A stretch of DNA of 64,000 nt from Candidatus Omnitrophota bacterium (GCA_037146775.1 JBAWWL010000002.1:134554-198553), one strand, 5' to 3'. Positions 19,689-29,711 are shown, counted from the stretch's first letter. Made by a program: numbers and translations. The notes: generated by a model from the letters alone, not told the origin.

Positions 19689-19778
19689 CCCCGTTATGGT
19701 GTTAATTTCAACATTCAAGGCCTGACCCCGTTATGGTGTGAAGGCCTGACCCCGTTATGGTGTGACCCCGTTATGGTG
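19665..19778 (+). repeat. nested 'staircase' direct repeats (37, 37, 24, 16 bp) all ending in CCCCGTTATGGTG
   Basis: ttaatttcaacattcaaggcctgaccccgttatggtg occurs twice, then tgaaggcctgaccccgttatggtg, then tgaccccgttatggtg. A related copy sits at 19498-19524 inside the ORF. Confidence 0.9.
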
Positions 19779-20015
19779 TTGTTTTGACTATATTTATTAT
19801 TGTCACAATATATGTCATCATTGATTTAGACAGGCCGAAGCGAGGTTTTATCAGGGCAAGTTACCAGAGTTTATTGAATGTAAGGAATAACCTTGATTTA
19901 GAATCCAACCGCATTCAGTAAAATTAGCTGCCAGTCTAAAACAACCAGCCGATTTTTAGGGGAAAAAAGAATCGATTGCCGCTATTTTTACCAGTTCAAC
20001 AATTTACCAGAAAAT
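19779..20015. repeat. intergenic repeat element copy B with a 90-bp insertion (19823-19912) flanked by GATTTAGA direct repeats
   Basis: Matches 15544-15689. The inserted segment is bounded by an 8-bp direct repeat at 19823-19830 and 19895-19902. Confidence 0.85.
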
Positions 20016-20116
20016 AGCTATTTAAATCAGATAAGTCTTGCTTGATGAAGACCAGGCTTGTATACTTGATAGCTGGTAGTTGATAGAACTATTCATTTGA
20101 TTAACTAGGAGGTAGT

Positions 20117-22258
20117 TTGAAAAAAATAATTAGCGTATTTTTGATGTTATGTTTTACTATTTATTCTTCTGTTTATGCGGCCTATGATTATACTGCCGTG
20201 GGTGCCGGGGATTGGGATGCTCTTGCCACTTGGGGTACGGCAACTATACCTGGGAGCGGAGACACGGTGAGTATTCCCATAGATCAATCTGCTGGAGGTG
20301 TAACGATCAACAGTGGAGTGGATGCAGTCGCTAAATCTATTCGACTGACCATAAAGGATGGCCTATTGACGATGAACGGAGGAAATCTTACGGTAGACGA
20401 TCTTTGTGGAAGTAAGACCGGAACGCAGGTTATATTTGCGGATGATGGAACTATTACGGGTAATGTGGGCGTTAACGCTAGTTTTACTAGTCCTAAAGTT
20501 CAGCACATATTGATTCAAGCAGGAGCTGTCGCTACCATAGATGGCGATATCGGCACAGACTATATTCGTTTGACCGGGAATGATCCTGATCAGACTTTTC
20601 GTTTGGGCGCCGGGCATACCTTAACTGGAGATATTAGGGTTGGTAGCTCTGGTGGTAGTTTTACGGGAAATCATGGAATAGTTGAATTCCTTGGAAGTGC
20701 AACGGTTAACGGAAATATCGGTACGGTTTGGGCAGGAAAGCTTAGACAGTTGAATCTCTCCAGCGGTACCGTTGACGTGACAGGGAATGTGCGCTCACAA
20801 AACTATGATCTTAAGGGCGCCGCTCTTAATATTACAGGGACTATGGAACAGGTAGATGATGGAACTATTTCAACCCAAGTCAGCAATGCTACAACTTACG
20901 GTAAAATAACCGCCACAGGGACGGCGACTATTCCGGCTACTTCGACGGTCTCGGTCAATGTTTTGGGATATGTGCCTGCAGGTTCAGTGCTTACTATTGT
21001 TGATGGTACCGGCGGCAAAGGAGACACTGTTAGCGCAAGCATACCTGTGACTACCAATAGTGCTGCGCTCTCGTTTACCTCAAATTCTGCGGATTCAGAG
21101 GATCTTACACTTACTGCAGTCCGTAATGGTTATAATAATCTTGCTGGTAACGGCAATGCTTCTGCGGCTGGATCCGCGTTGGAAGCTGCTGGTGCAGCTG
21201 GCGCGTCCGGAGATATGCTTACGGTCTTGAATACGCTTGACAGTTTATCCACGGCAGCGGATGTTTCCAATGCTCTTGATACCTTGATTGCGAATATGAA
21301 TAATGGCGTACCTCAAGTGAGTCAAACAACTTTAGCTAATTTTTTAAGCACTCTGATGAATCACTTAGGCAGTTTAAGATTAGCTAATGCCCCAGCCACA
21401 AGCGGAATTTCTACGGGAGACGCACCAAGAGATAAGGGTATTTGGGCGCAAGGTTTTGGAAGCTATCTGCATCAGGATCCTCAAGGGTCCAGTAATGGCT
21501 ATAATGCTACTATTTGGGGCACTGCCATGGGTATTGATAAGTCGATGAACGATATTTTGCGAGCGGGCTTAAGCTTTGGATATGCCAGTGACAGTATCAG
21601 CTCAAAAGATAATAGCGGCCATACCGATGTAGATAGTTATCAGGGTAATTTATATGCAAGCCTTTTAAAAGAAGACAATTATTTAAACGGCGCACTATCT
21701 TTTGCCTATAATCAATATAGCAGCTCAAGGCATATCTCTTTTAGCGTAATCGACCGGATTGCCAACAGCGATTATGATGGACAGCAGTATTCTTTTTATC
21801 TTGAGGGAGGGCATACTTTTAGAAAGGGAAAACTTGAACTGACTCCGCTAGCCTCTCTTAAATACGAGCATCTTTATTTGGAAAGTTATACAGAGAAAGA
21901 CGCCGGTTCATTAAATCTTGACGTAAATAGCCAGAATTATGATTTTCTTCAATCCGGTTTAGGTGCAAAGTTTGGTTATCCTCTGGAGAATAAATATGGC
22001 ACTTTTATCCCTGAATTTCATCCGAAGTGGTTATATGACTTTATCGGAGACAACCAGCAGTCTAGCGCAACATTTACCGGAGGCGGAGGGTCTTTCCCTA
22101 CCAATGGATTTAGGCCAGCTAAAAGCAGCTTGAATATCGGAACAAAATTCACTCTTGCTGCTAAAAATAACGTAGAACTTTCCTTCGGCTATGATTTTGA
22201 AGTAAAAAAAGATTTCTACGGCCATTCCGGGATTCTGAATATAAGCTACAAATTCTAA
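20117..22258 (+). CDS. autotransporter (type Va) adhesin-like protein with C-terminal translocator barrel
   Basis: TTG start after GGAGG. Signal peptide. G/T/S-rich repetitive passenger. C-terminal roughly 270 aa with alternating aromatic residues, ending ...ILNISYKF (terminal Phe). Confidence 0.7.
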   Translation: MKKIISVFLMLCFTIYSSVYAAYDYTAVGAGDWDALATWGTATIPGSGDTVSIPIDQSAGGVTINSGVDAVAKSIRLTIKDGLLTMNGGNLTVDDLCGSKTGTQVIFADDGTITGNVGVNASFTSPKVQHILIQAGAVATIDGDIGTDYIRLTGNDPDQTFRLGAGHTLTGDIRVGSSGGSFTGNHGIVEFLGSATVNGNIGTVWAGKLRQLNLSSGTVDVTGNVRSQNYDLKGAALNITGTMEQVDDGTISTQVSNATTYGKITATGTATIPATSTVSVNVLGYVPAGSVLTIVDGTGGKGDTVSASIPVTTNSAALSFTSNSADSEDLTLTAVRNGYNNLAGNGNASAAGSALEAAGAAGASGDMLTVLNTLDSLSTAADVSNALDTLIANMNNGVPQVSQTTLANFLSTLMNHLGSLRLANAPATSGISTGDAPRDKGIWAQGFGSYLHQDPQGSSNGYNATIWGTAMGIDKSMNDILRAGLSFGYASDSISSKDNSGHTDVDSYQGNLYASLLKEDNYLNGALSFAYNQYSSSRHISFSVIDRIANSDYDGQQYSFYLEGGHTFRKGKLELTPLASLKYEHLYLESYTEKDAGSLNLDVNSQNYDFLQSGLGAKFGYPLENKYGTFIPEFHPKWLYDFIGDNQQSSATFTGGGGSFPTNGFRPAKSSLNIGTKFTLAAKNNVELSFGYDFEVKKDFYGHSGILNISYKF

Positions 22259-22418
22259 ACTCAAAGTCAACGTTTCCTATGATACCCTTAGTTTTTGGCG
22301 GGTCGCGTCATTCTATCTAAGAATGTCACTATTGAATGGGGTTACCAGGCTTGGTTAGTCTAAAAAAGTAATAATAAAATAAATTATTTTTCCTTTTCCA
22401 GGCTCAACAGAGAATAAG

Positions 22419-22457
22419 ATAGCCATAATTGTGTAAAATGATTATGGCTATTTTTAT
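22419..22457 (+). terminator. rho-independent terminator after the autotransporter gene
   Basis: atagccataat tgtgtaaaatg attatggctat followed by ttttt. Confidence 0.7.
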
Positions 22458-22774
22458 GCCCTAGGGCGTTAAAAGCTTAGGGTATTATTCCTGTTAAGTG
22501 AGACCGTGATTTTTATGATTGTTTTCTATAGTCCAGAGTATTCTAAAATCTGCCGAAATAATCTCCGAATATCGCGAAAAATATCTTTTAGCTTATCTGC
22601 GTAATATTTCTCAAACTTTTTTGGAACTTTTTCTCAAATTATATTGTCTAAGGTAATGAGAACAGGAAAAATACGTATATTTCATCAAACTATTTTGTCA
22701 TAGGCTTTTACGCAGATGAGGTAAAACATGCATTTATTTTATTATAGGAGAAGCGAATAAGAAAGGAGGGGGCC

Positions 22775-23314
22775 ATGATAAAAAAGATAGTAAAAAGTAA
22801 GATTTTAGTAGTCATAATTCTTCTTTTGGCATTTACAGTATCTTATTCATTGAGCGCTTTTGCCGGAGGAAGCCGCGGTGGACAAAATCGTGGCCGCGGC
22901 GGTGATCGTGGCCATTATTCTTATCGCGGTGGCCGCTGGCATGAGAGTGGATGGTTTTGGGGTAGTTTCGCAACCGGCCTGGCAATTGGCACCATAGTTT
23001 CCACACTGCCACCCTACTATGAAACGGTTTATGCAAACGGTGTACCATATTATTGTTATGACAGGGTTTACTACAGGTCATATCCTAGTGGCTATATTGT
23101 TGTCTCGGAACCAAGCACCACTGTTGTGGTCAACTCCGTTGTTACACAGCCTAGGGTTACTGGTGAGGCGATAACAATAAATATTCCTAATGCGGGCGGC
23201 GGATATACGCCGGTTACATTAACTAAATACAAAACTGGTTACCTAGGCCCGCAAGGGGAATATTACGAGGGCCATCCGACCATTGAACAGCTAAGAGTTT
23301 TGTATGGTAAGTAA
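22775..23314 (+). CDS. small secreted Gly/Arg-rich protein
   Basis: Signal peptide followed by GGSRGGQNRGRGGDRGHYSYRGGRWH. No known domain. Confidence 0.45.
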   Translation: MIKKIVKSKILVVIILLLAFTVSYSLSAFAGGSRGGQNRGRGGDRGHYSYRGGRWHESGWFWGSFATGLAIGTIVSTLPPYYETVYANGVPYYCYDRVYYRSYPSGYIVVSEPSTTVVVNSVVTQPRVTGEAITINIPNAGGGYTPVTLTKYKTGYLGPQGEYYEGHPTIEQLRVLYGK

Positions 23315-24158
23315 ACCCAGATTTTGCCTGCTCCCGAAGGGAGCGAGCAAAATCTGCCCGAAGGGCCGCCGCCAAAAGTTCTAAGCCGAAGGCTATCCAA
23401 CAGGCGCCCATAGGGCAGCCTGCTGGGCTATGGAAATTTTGGAAAACGGCGGGGTAATCCCAAAATTTGCCTGCACTTTTTTAGTGCAGAAAATAATTGC
23501 ACAACCACAACCCTTTCAATGGGTAAAACACGCCAAGCACTTTCTAATGCAAATTTTGGGGTAAAGTAACCAATGATGTAAAAAAATGAAGCCGTAAGGT
23601 CGCCCTGGCTGTTATTAAGGCCAGGGCGTGCCTGGCCAAGTGACAAGAAGGGCGACTTATCCGGCGCATTCCGGCACAAGAAATTCCCGCTACTAACCTT
23701 ATGTGGAAATTTTATCAAGCTTACCCAAAACAATAGTCAATCCTATTTATAGCCACCTTAAAAAAATACATAATACATAAAGCAATTCTCACCTAAGATA
23801 TTCTTGATATAGCGCGCCAGCGAGCCTGTAATTGACCTGGGTAGATTAATGAGGTTTCTTTTTGGCTCATGCAGCTGTCTCAGAGTCTTTTTTCTTTAAC
23901 ATAAAGAGAGTATTTAAGCCCTAATCGCAATAAATGATTATGGCTTTTTTTGTTTCTGAGTGATAGAGAGTTGGAGGTATGTTTATTATTGCACGGTTAC
24001 GATTTTCAGCTAAAACAAAGATTGTAATCATAAGTGCGACAACCGGGAGTATTTTTATTGTTTTAAGCTCAGAGAAGGCGTATAATTAATTACAAATTAT
24101 CCTATTTTTCCATCCGGGAGGTGCTTATAAGGGAGGGCACATCATTAAGATTCTTATC

Positions 24159-25472
24159 GTGAGTTTCTATTTACCTATTGCTTATCACGGTGCGGGTTGT
24201 TATTTGTTTAGGTTTGTTCGATATTTAAAAGAGAATGGTTTTGAAATAGAGTTTGTTTTGCTTTCCGACTTTAACTCAAGCAGGGCTTTATCTTTTTCTG
24301 TCCCACCTGAATTAAGAAAAATCTTCAAAATATCTGTACCGGATTGTTTTCAAATCAAAGGAAGGTTTTTTTCCTGTTGTTTTTCAAAGGCATGTTTCAA
24401 GAAATCCTTTTTCTGGTTTTATGGCAAGCTCTTTACCCTGTTGAAACGGGCGAGTCGTTTTGGCGGTAACCTCTTCCTCCCGCTGAAGAGAGGATACCAT
24501 TTTATACGCAGATCTTCTTTTCGCTCCAGGCACCCTAGTAATAGAAAACATTTAAGATGGGGATATGTTCCTAACAGGAATGATTTGGCGTTCGTTTCAA
24601 AAAGAATTAGGAAATTCTTGCCGGATGTTTTAATTGCGGATCAAGTATTTATGGCTAACATTTTCGATGTAGTGCCTAGCGGGCAGACATGTTTGAAAGT
24701 TTTGCTGCCTCATGATATCCGTTCCCAGCGCTTAAAAAGTTATACCGAACACCATGTTGATTTTGACGAGGCTGCCGAATATTCGCAGGAAGATGAGATA
24801 AAACAGATGAATAAAGCTCAGCTCATTCTGGCCATACATAATGAGGACGCTGTTACTTTGAAGACAATGGTGCCTAAGGCCGAGGTTTTTTCTTTACCCT
24901 ATGCCGTTGAGCCTGTATTGTGTACTCACTCGCAGATCCGGGGGCGTTTGTTGTTTGTCGGCAGCTTAGTGGGCCACAACATCCACGGACTCGAATGGTT
25001 TTTGCGCGAGGTATGGCCGAAAATACTTGAGAAAGTTCCCCACTGCGTTTTACATGTGTGCGGAAATGTGTGTGATGCTATGGAGTGTCACGATAAACGG
25101 GTATGTTTTTGCGGGATAACGGATGATTTAGGCAGCGAATACGCTGCCGCAGAGGTCGTTGTAGTGCCGTTACTGTGCGGGAGTGGTTTGAAAATCAAAG
25201 TGTTAGAAGCGTTGTCTTATGGACGGGTATGCGTCTCGACACAAGTCGGCCTGCAAAGCCTCGATGATGCGTTGGGTTACGATGCGGTTCTTCTGGCAAA
25301 CCATGCCCAGGAATTTGCCGATACTACCGTGAAGTTGTTGATGAATCCCGGCCTGCGAGACAGGATACAGGACAACGCAATAAGATATATCGGGGAAAAA
25401 TACGGACCGGAGAAAATTTATGGGCCAATCAAGAAACGTTTTCTTGAATGGGGGGACAAAAAAAGTTTATGA
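24159..25472 (+). CDS. glycosyltransferase family 4 (GT-B, GT1-like)
   Basis: C-terminal donor-binding half LLFVGSLVGHNIHG...VVVVPLLCGSGLKIKVLEALSYGRVCVST (E-x7-E-like region). Confidence 0.7.
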   Translation: MSFYLPIAYHGAGCYLFRFVRYLKENGFEIEFVLLSDFNSSRALSFSVPPELRKIFKISVPDCFQIKGRFFSCCFSKACFKKSFFWFYGKLFTLLKRASRFGGNLFLPLKRGYHFIRRSSFRSRHPSNRKHLRWGYVPNRNDLAFVSKRIRKFLPDVLIADQVFMANIFDVVPSGQTCLKVLLPHDIRSQRLKSYTEHHVDFDEAAEYSQEDEIKQMNKAQLILAIHNEDAVTLKTMVPKAEVFSLPYAVEPVLCTHSQIRGRLLFVGSLVGHNIHGLEWFLREVWPKILEKVPHCVLHVCGNVCDAMECHDKRVCFCGITDDLGSEYAAAEVVVVPLLCGSGLKIKVLEALSYGRVCVSTQVGLQSLDDALGYDAVLLANHAQEFADTTVKLLMNPGLRDRIQDNAIRYIGEKYGPEKIYGPIKKRFLEWGDKKSL

Positions 25473-26218
25473 CGGACAACAAAACCATTATTCTCATTAC
25501 TCCGACTCATCCAAGAAAAGACAGGATGAAGTATCTCGAAAGGTCTATAGCGACGTTTCAAAAAGTAAGAAACCTTCTGTGGGTTGTGGTTGAGGACGGG
25601 GATTGCGTTGATGAGGATGTGCGAAAAATTTTAGAGTCCAGCGGTATACATTATCAATATCTCAATTATGGGCCGACGAGGCACTGGGGAGATGAACAGC
25701 GCAATGCCGGCCTTAATTATGTTAAGCGAGAAAAGTTGAGAGGTATCGTATATTTGGCTGATGACGATAATTTTTACGATATTCGCTTATTCAACGAATT
25801 ACGGAAAACTGTTAAAGTTTCGATAATGCCGGTAGGCCATCTCGGGCCGAGAGGGATAGAGCGGCCTATCGTGGTCAACGGAAAAATTAAAAAATGGGAT
25901 GCAAACTGGACCGATCGCGCTTTCCCCATAGACATGGCTGGTTTTGCTTTTAATGCCAGCTTGCTTCAAGCAATGAATGGCACATTATTTGATTTTACGG
26001 GAAAAGGCGGTGAAACTGAATTGTTGAGCAAATTGGTAAAGTCCTGGAACGAATTGGAGCCTTTATGTTGTAATTGTTCGCGATGCTACGTCTGGCATAA
26101 TCAGCCGCTGGGAGAAAGACCGTTATGGACGTATTATCGGCGGCTTTTACTGAAGGCTAAGATAGGCTCTCTTAAAAACTTAAAAAAGTTTTTTATGTTT
26201 CTATCAAAAAAAACCTAA
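25469..26218 (+). CDS. GT43-family glycosyltransferase homologue (beta-1,3-glucuronyltransferase-like)
   Basis: Collinear matches to the GlcAT-I catalytic domain: ITPTHPRK...LLWVVVEDG, GDEQRNAGLNYV, GIVYLADDDNFYDIRLFNELR (DDD motif), MPVGHLGPRG, FPIDMAGFAF, NCSRCYVWH. ATGA overlap with the upstream GT4. Confidence 0.75.
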   Translation: MTDNKTIILITPTHPRKDRMKYLERSIATFQKVRNLLWVVVEDGDCVDEDVRKILESSGIHYQYLNYGPTRHWGDEQRNAGLNYVKREKLRGIVYLADDDNFYDIRLFNELRKTVKVSIMPVGHLGPRGIERPIVVNGKIKKWDANWTDRAFPIDMAGFAFNASLLQAMNGTLFDFTGKGGETELLSKLVKSWNELEPLCCNCSRCYVWHNQPLGERPLWTYYRRLLLKAKIGSLKNLKKFFMFLSKKT

Positions 26219-26221
26219 CGC

Positions 26222-28090
26222 ATGTGTGGCATAGCAACTATTTTTCATTATAAGAGCGGTACGGTTGAAAAGGCGCAGCTCCTGCGTATGCGGGATGCAA
26301 TGAAAACCCGCGGACCGGATGGCTCTGGTGTTTGGGTGTCTGCCGATTGTCGGCTCGGTTTAGCGCATCGCCGTCTTTCGGTCATTGATCTTTCTGAAAA
26401 CGCAGGGCAGCCAATGCTAAGCGTGGACGGACGTTATATTATCAGTTTTAACGGGGAAATTTACAATTACAGAGAAATTCGGGAAAGGCTTATTCGTAAG
26501 GGCCATCGTTTTAAATCCGAATCAGACACGGAAGTTCTTCTTGAGCTCTACCGGGAAAAAGGTAAAGATTTATTGTATGAAATACGAGGCATGTTCGCAT
26601 TTACCATTTGGGATAATAACGAAAAGGTATTATTTTTAGCCCGTGACCCCTACGGGATTAAGCCGCTTTATTATTCCGACGATGGCCATGTTATTCGTAT
26701 AGCGTCTCAAGTGAAAGCGTTGTTGGCGGGCGGCGCTATCCCTCGGTCTGTCGATGCGGCCGGCGTTGTGGGTTTTTTCCTTATGGGGTCGGTTCCGGAA
26801 CCTTACACGATCAATAAAAATATTAAGGCGTTGCCCAGCGGCCATTGCATGTATGTTAATTATGCAGGTGTTCAGGAACCGAAGGAATACCTCTCGATAA
26901 CTCGCGTTTTTGCCCAAGCTGCCGCTTCCCCGGAATCGGGTGTGGCGATAAAGTCCACTCTCCTTGATACAGTGAAGCATCATTTTGTTTCGGATGTTCC
27001 TGTGGGGATTTTTTTGTCGGGAGGAGTTGATTCCGGAGCGCTTGTGGGATTGGCTCGCGACGCAGGGCTGAAGACTACCGCGATTACGCTGGCTTTCGAT
27101 GAATTTCGTGATTCGCAAGAGGATGAAGTGCCGTTAGCTAAAGAAACGGCCGCTCATTACGGGATAGAACATTTTATCTACCGTTTGACCCAGGAGGAAT
27201 TTCAGAAAGATCTGCCAAAAATCTGGGATGCAATGGATCAGCCATCGATAGATGGAATTAACACTTATTTCGTGAGCAAGGCGGCAAGAAATTATGGCTT
27301 AAAAGTAGTACTATCCGGCTTAGGCGGCGACGAATTATTTGCCGGCTATCCGACATTCAAAAGTATTCCAAGGATGGTCCGCCGGTTACGCCGGTTTTCT
27401 CGTATGCCGTTTTTAGGGGACGCTTATCGTATGTACCATTCTAAATTTTCCAAACATCGTTTTCAGCGTGAACCACAATTCCCCGGCCGTGTTAAATACG
27501 GCGGTAGTTACGCAGGCGCTTATCTCTTGTGTCGGGGTTTGTTCATGCCGTGGGAGCTTGGTGCTTTACTGGATGAAGAAGTTCTGCGTGAAGGATTCAA
27601 CCGGTTGGATATTTTGAGGCATATCGATAACGCCATAAAACCTGACCCTCAAAATGATTACGCGAGAGTAGCTTGCCTTGAGGCGTCCTTTTACATGCGC
27701 AATCAGCTTTTGCAAAGTGTTGATTGGGCCGGGATGGCGCATGGTGTGGAAATCCGGGTGCCCTATATCGATATTAACTTACTAAGGGCGGTTGCCGGGG
27801 TTCAAGCTTCGGCAAAAGAATTAGATTTTTCTCCAATATCCCCAGACAAAGAATTGTTGGTTAAAAGCCTATCGCGGCCTTTGCCGGCAGGAGTCACCAA
27901 TCGCGCTAAAACTGGTTTTTGCTTGCCGTTGGATTTGTGGCTGGAAGCTAAAGGGTATGATAGTTGGAAGGGTGTTGCGCTTTTATCTCGTTCCTGGGGT
28001 CATTGGTTTCGTCGATGGGCATACGTGGTATTCCAGCAATTTGGCGCAGACTCTTGTCTAAAAAAGAACAGCATACAGCTGTTTAATTAA
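26222..28090 (+). CDS. asparagine synthetase (glutamine-hydrolysing) family amidotransferase, AsnB/WbpS-like
   Basis: N-terminal Cys2 nucleophile (MCGIATIF). LSGGVDSG PP-loop. Full-length class II GATase plus synthetase architecture. Confidence 0.85.
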   Translation: MCGIATIFHYKSGTVEKAQLLRMRDAMKTRGPDGSGVWVSADCRLGLAHRRLSVIDLSENAGQPMLSVDGRYIISFNGEIYNYREIRERLIRKGHRFKSESDTEVLLELYREKGKDLLYEIRGMFAFTIWDNNEKVLFLARDPYGIKPLYYSDDGHVIRIASQVKALLAGGAIPRSVDAAGVVGFFLMGSVPEPYTINKNIKALPSGHCMYVNYAGVQEPKEYLSITRVFAQAAASPESGVAIKSTLLDTVKHHFVSDVPVGIFLSGGVDSGALVGLARDAGLKTTAITLAFDEFRDSQEDEVPLAKETAAHYGIEHFIYRLTQEEFQKDLPKIWDAMDQPSIDGINTYFVSKAARNYGLKVVLSGLGGDELFAGYPTFKSIPRMVRRLRRFSRMPFLGDAYRMYHSKFSKHRFQREPQFPGRVKYGGSYAGAYLLCRGLFMPWELGALLDEEVLREGFNRLDILRHIDNAIKPDPQNDYARVACLEASFYMRNQLLQSVDWAGMAHGVEIRVPYIDINLLRAVAGVQASAKELDFSPISPDKELLVKSLSRPLPAGVTNRAKTGFCLPLDLWLEAKGYDSWKGVALLSRSWGHWFRRWAYVVFQQFGADSCLKKNSIQLFN

Positions 28091-28107
28091 ATAAAAGATA
28101 AATCCGT

Positions 28108-28923
28108 ATGGTCAGAAGTTTTATGCGTCACATTTTAAGAAAATATCTAGGAGACATCCGTTATCAAAAGTTTTTTGAAAAGCTCCACACCTACGCTTTG
28201 GAGGGCATGAATTGCGGGGGAGGAGCTTACGTTGAAAATAGCGGTGAAGCTGGTGTCGTAAAATTCATTCTAAAAAAAATAGCCGACAGCAATCCAATTC
28301 TTTTTGATGTCGGCGCAAGTATCGGAAAATATACAAGCCTGATTGAGGGTGTATCGAAGGAGATTCCGGGGGCGATCATTTATTCGTTTGAGCCTTCAAG
28401 AGTTGCTTTTGATACATTGCTGATGAAGATGGGTAACAAGCCCAATATTTCATTACACCGTATCGGTTTTGGCGACTGTAACAAGAAAGCGAAGCTTTTC
28501 TATGATGTGGAGGGTTCTGAGCTCTCGTCTCTCTATCGTAGAAGGATTAGAAATTCTAATAGCATAATGAATTTATCAGAAGAAATTGAAATTCGAACCA
28601 TTGATTCATTCTGTGCGGAAAAAGGAATAGGGCATATTCATCTCCTTAAATTGGATGTCGAAGGATATGAACTTTGCGCATTGCAGGGCGCGCAAGAAAT
28701 GCTTAGGCGAGATGCAATTGATTTTATCCAATTTGAATTCAGCTCATGCAATATCGATTCAAAAACCTATTTTCAAGATTTTTGGTGGTTGCTCAATGAT
28801 ACCTATAAGATCTATCGTGTAGTAAAAAATGGGATCTATCCGATAGGGGATTATGATGAAAAGCGTGAAATATTCTCGACAACTAACTATGTAGCGGAAA
28901 GAAAAAATATCGCTCGTATCTGA
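28108..28923 (+). CDS. FkbM-family methyltransferase
   Basis: LFDVGASIGKYT SAM motif and HLLKLDVEGYELCALQGAQEML, characteristic of the FkbM domain. Confidence 0.75.
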   Translation: MVRSFMRHILRKYLGDIRYQKFFEKLHTYALEGMNCGGGAYVENSGEAGVVKFILKKIADSNPILFDVGASIGKYTSLIEGVSKEIPGAIIYSFEPSRVAFDTLLMKMGNKPNISLHRIGFGDCNKKAKLFYDVEGSELSSLYRRRIRNSNSIMNLSEEIEIRTIDSFCAEKGIGHIHLLKLDVEGYELCALQGAQEMLRRDAIDFIQFEFSSCNIDSKTYFQDFWWLLNDTYKIYRVVKNGIYPIGDYDEKREIFSTTNYVAERKNIARI

Positions 28924-28955
28924 TACCCGGCAGAGCCCCCGGTCGGTGAAGGCAA

Positions 28956-29711
28956 ATGGCATCAATCTTTTTTCGTGATTTACGCAGGAAATATAAATAT
29001 TTTGGATTTAAATTCAAATGTCCATTCTGCGGGGGATATTTTAGGAAATTCTTGCCCTGCGGGTTTGATTTTCCCGTGCTTGAAAAATATAAAGTTATTG
29101 GCGGACGGGTTCGCCCGCAAGGGATGTGTCCGTATTGCCGTTCGATAGATAGAGAACGCCTCATTTTCCTGTATTTAAAGAATAAAACCGAAATTTTCCT
29201 CAAACCCGTGGATCTATTGCACGTGGCCCCGGAGGCAAGATTACAAAAAGTGCTTATGGCTGCTCCCAATATAAATTATCTCAGTGCAGACCGCGATCCT
29301 GCTGCGGCAATGGCTAAAATGGATATAACCGATATTCCATATAAGAATGAAAATTTTGATGTTATCCTGTGTAACCATGTCCTGGAGCATGTAGTCGATG
29401 ACCATAAGGCGATGTCTGAATTGTACCGGGTTTTAAAACCGGGCGGTTGGGCAATACTTCAGGTGCCCATATCGGCTATTTTACCAGCCACTTACGAAGA
29501 TCCGGCGATTACTGCTCCTAGAGAAAGGGAAAAGGCGTTTGGGCAAGATGTACACGTTAGGATCTATGCTAAAGATTATAAGGCAAGGCTTGAGAGGGCT
29601 GGTTTCTCTGTTACCACATATAACTTTTCAGCCGATTATGGGAAACAGGCAGCTCTTCGGTATGGGCTTATAGAGGAAGAAGACTTGTATATTTGTTCAA
29701 AGAAGAATTAA
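28956..29711 (+). CDS. class I SAM-dependent methyltransferase with N-terminal Cys4 zinc-ribbon
   Basis: CPFCGG...CPYCRS. Methyltransf_11-like DVILCNHVLEHVVDDHKAMSELYRVLKPGGWAIL. Confidence 0.75.
   Translation: MASIFFRDLRRKYKYFGFKFKCPFCGGYFRKFLPCGFDFPVLEKYKVIGGRVRPQGMCPYCRSIDRERLIFLYLKNKTEIFLKPVDLLHVAPEARLQKVLMAAPNINYLSADRDPAAAMAKMDITDIPYKNENFDVILCNHVLEHVVDDHKAMSELYRVLKPGGWAILQVPISAILPATYEDPAITAPREREKAFGQDVHVRIYAKDYKARLERAGFSVTTYNFSADYGKQAALRYGLIEEEDLYICSKKN

Noticed and set aside
19665-19778. Possible CRISPR array suggested by the short direct repeats
   Set aside because: Repeats are contiguous nested truncations of one sequence with no unique spacers and variable unit length. No cas genes nearby.
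23428-23733. 101-aa minus-strand ORF in the GC-rich intergenic region
   Set aside because: No RBS, biased composition, and the region is full of hairpins. More consistent with non-coding RNA or DNA than with a protein.
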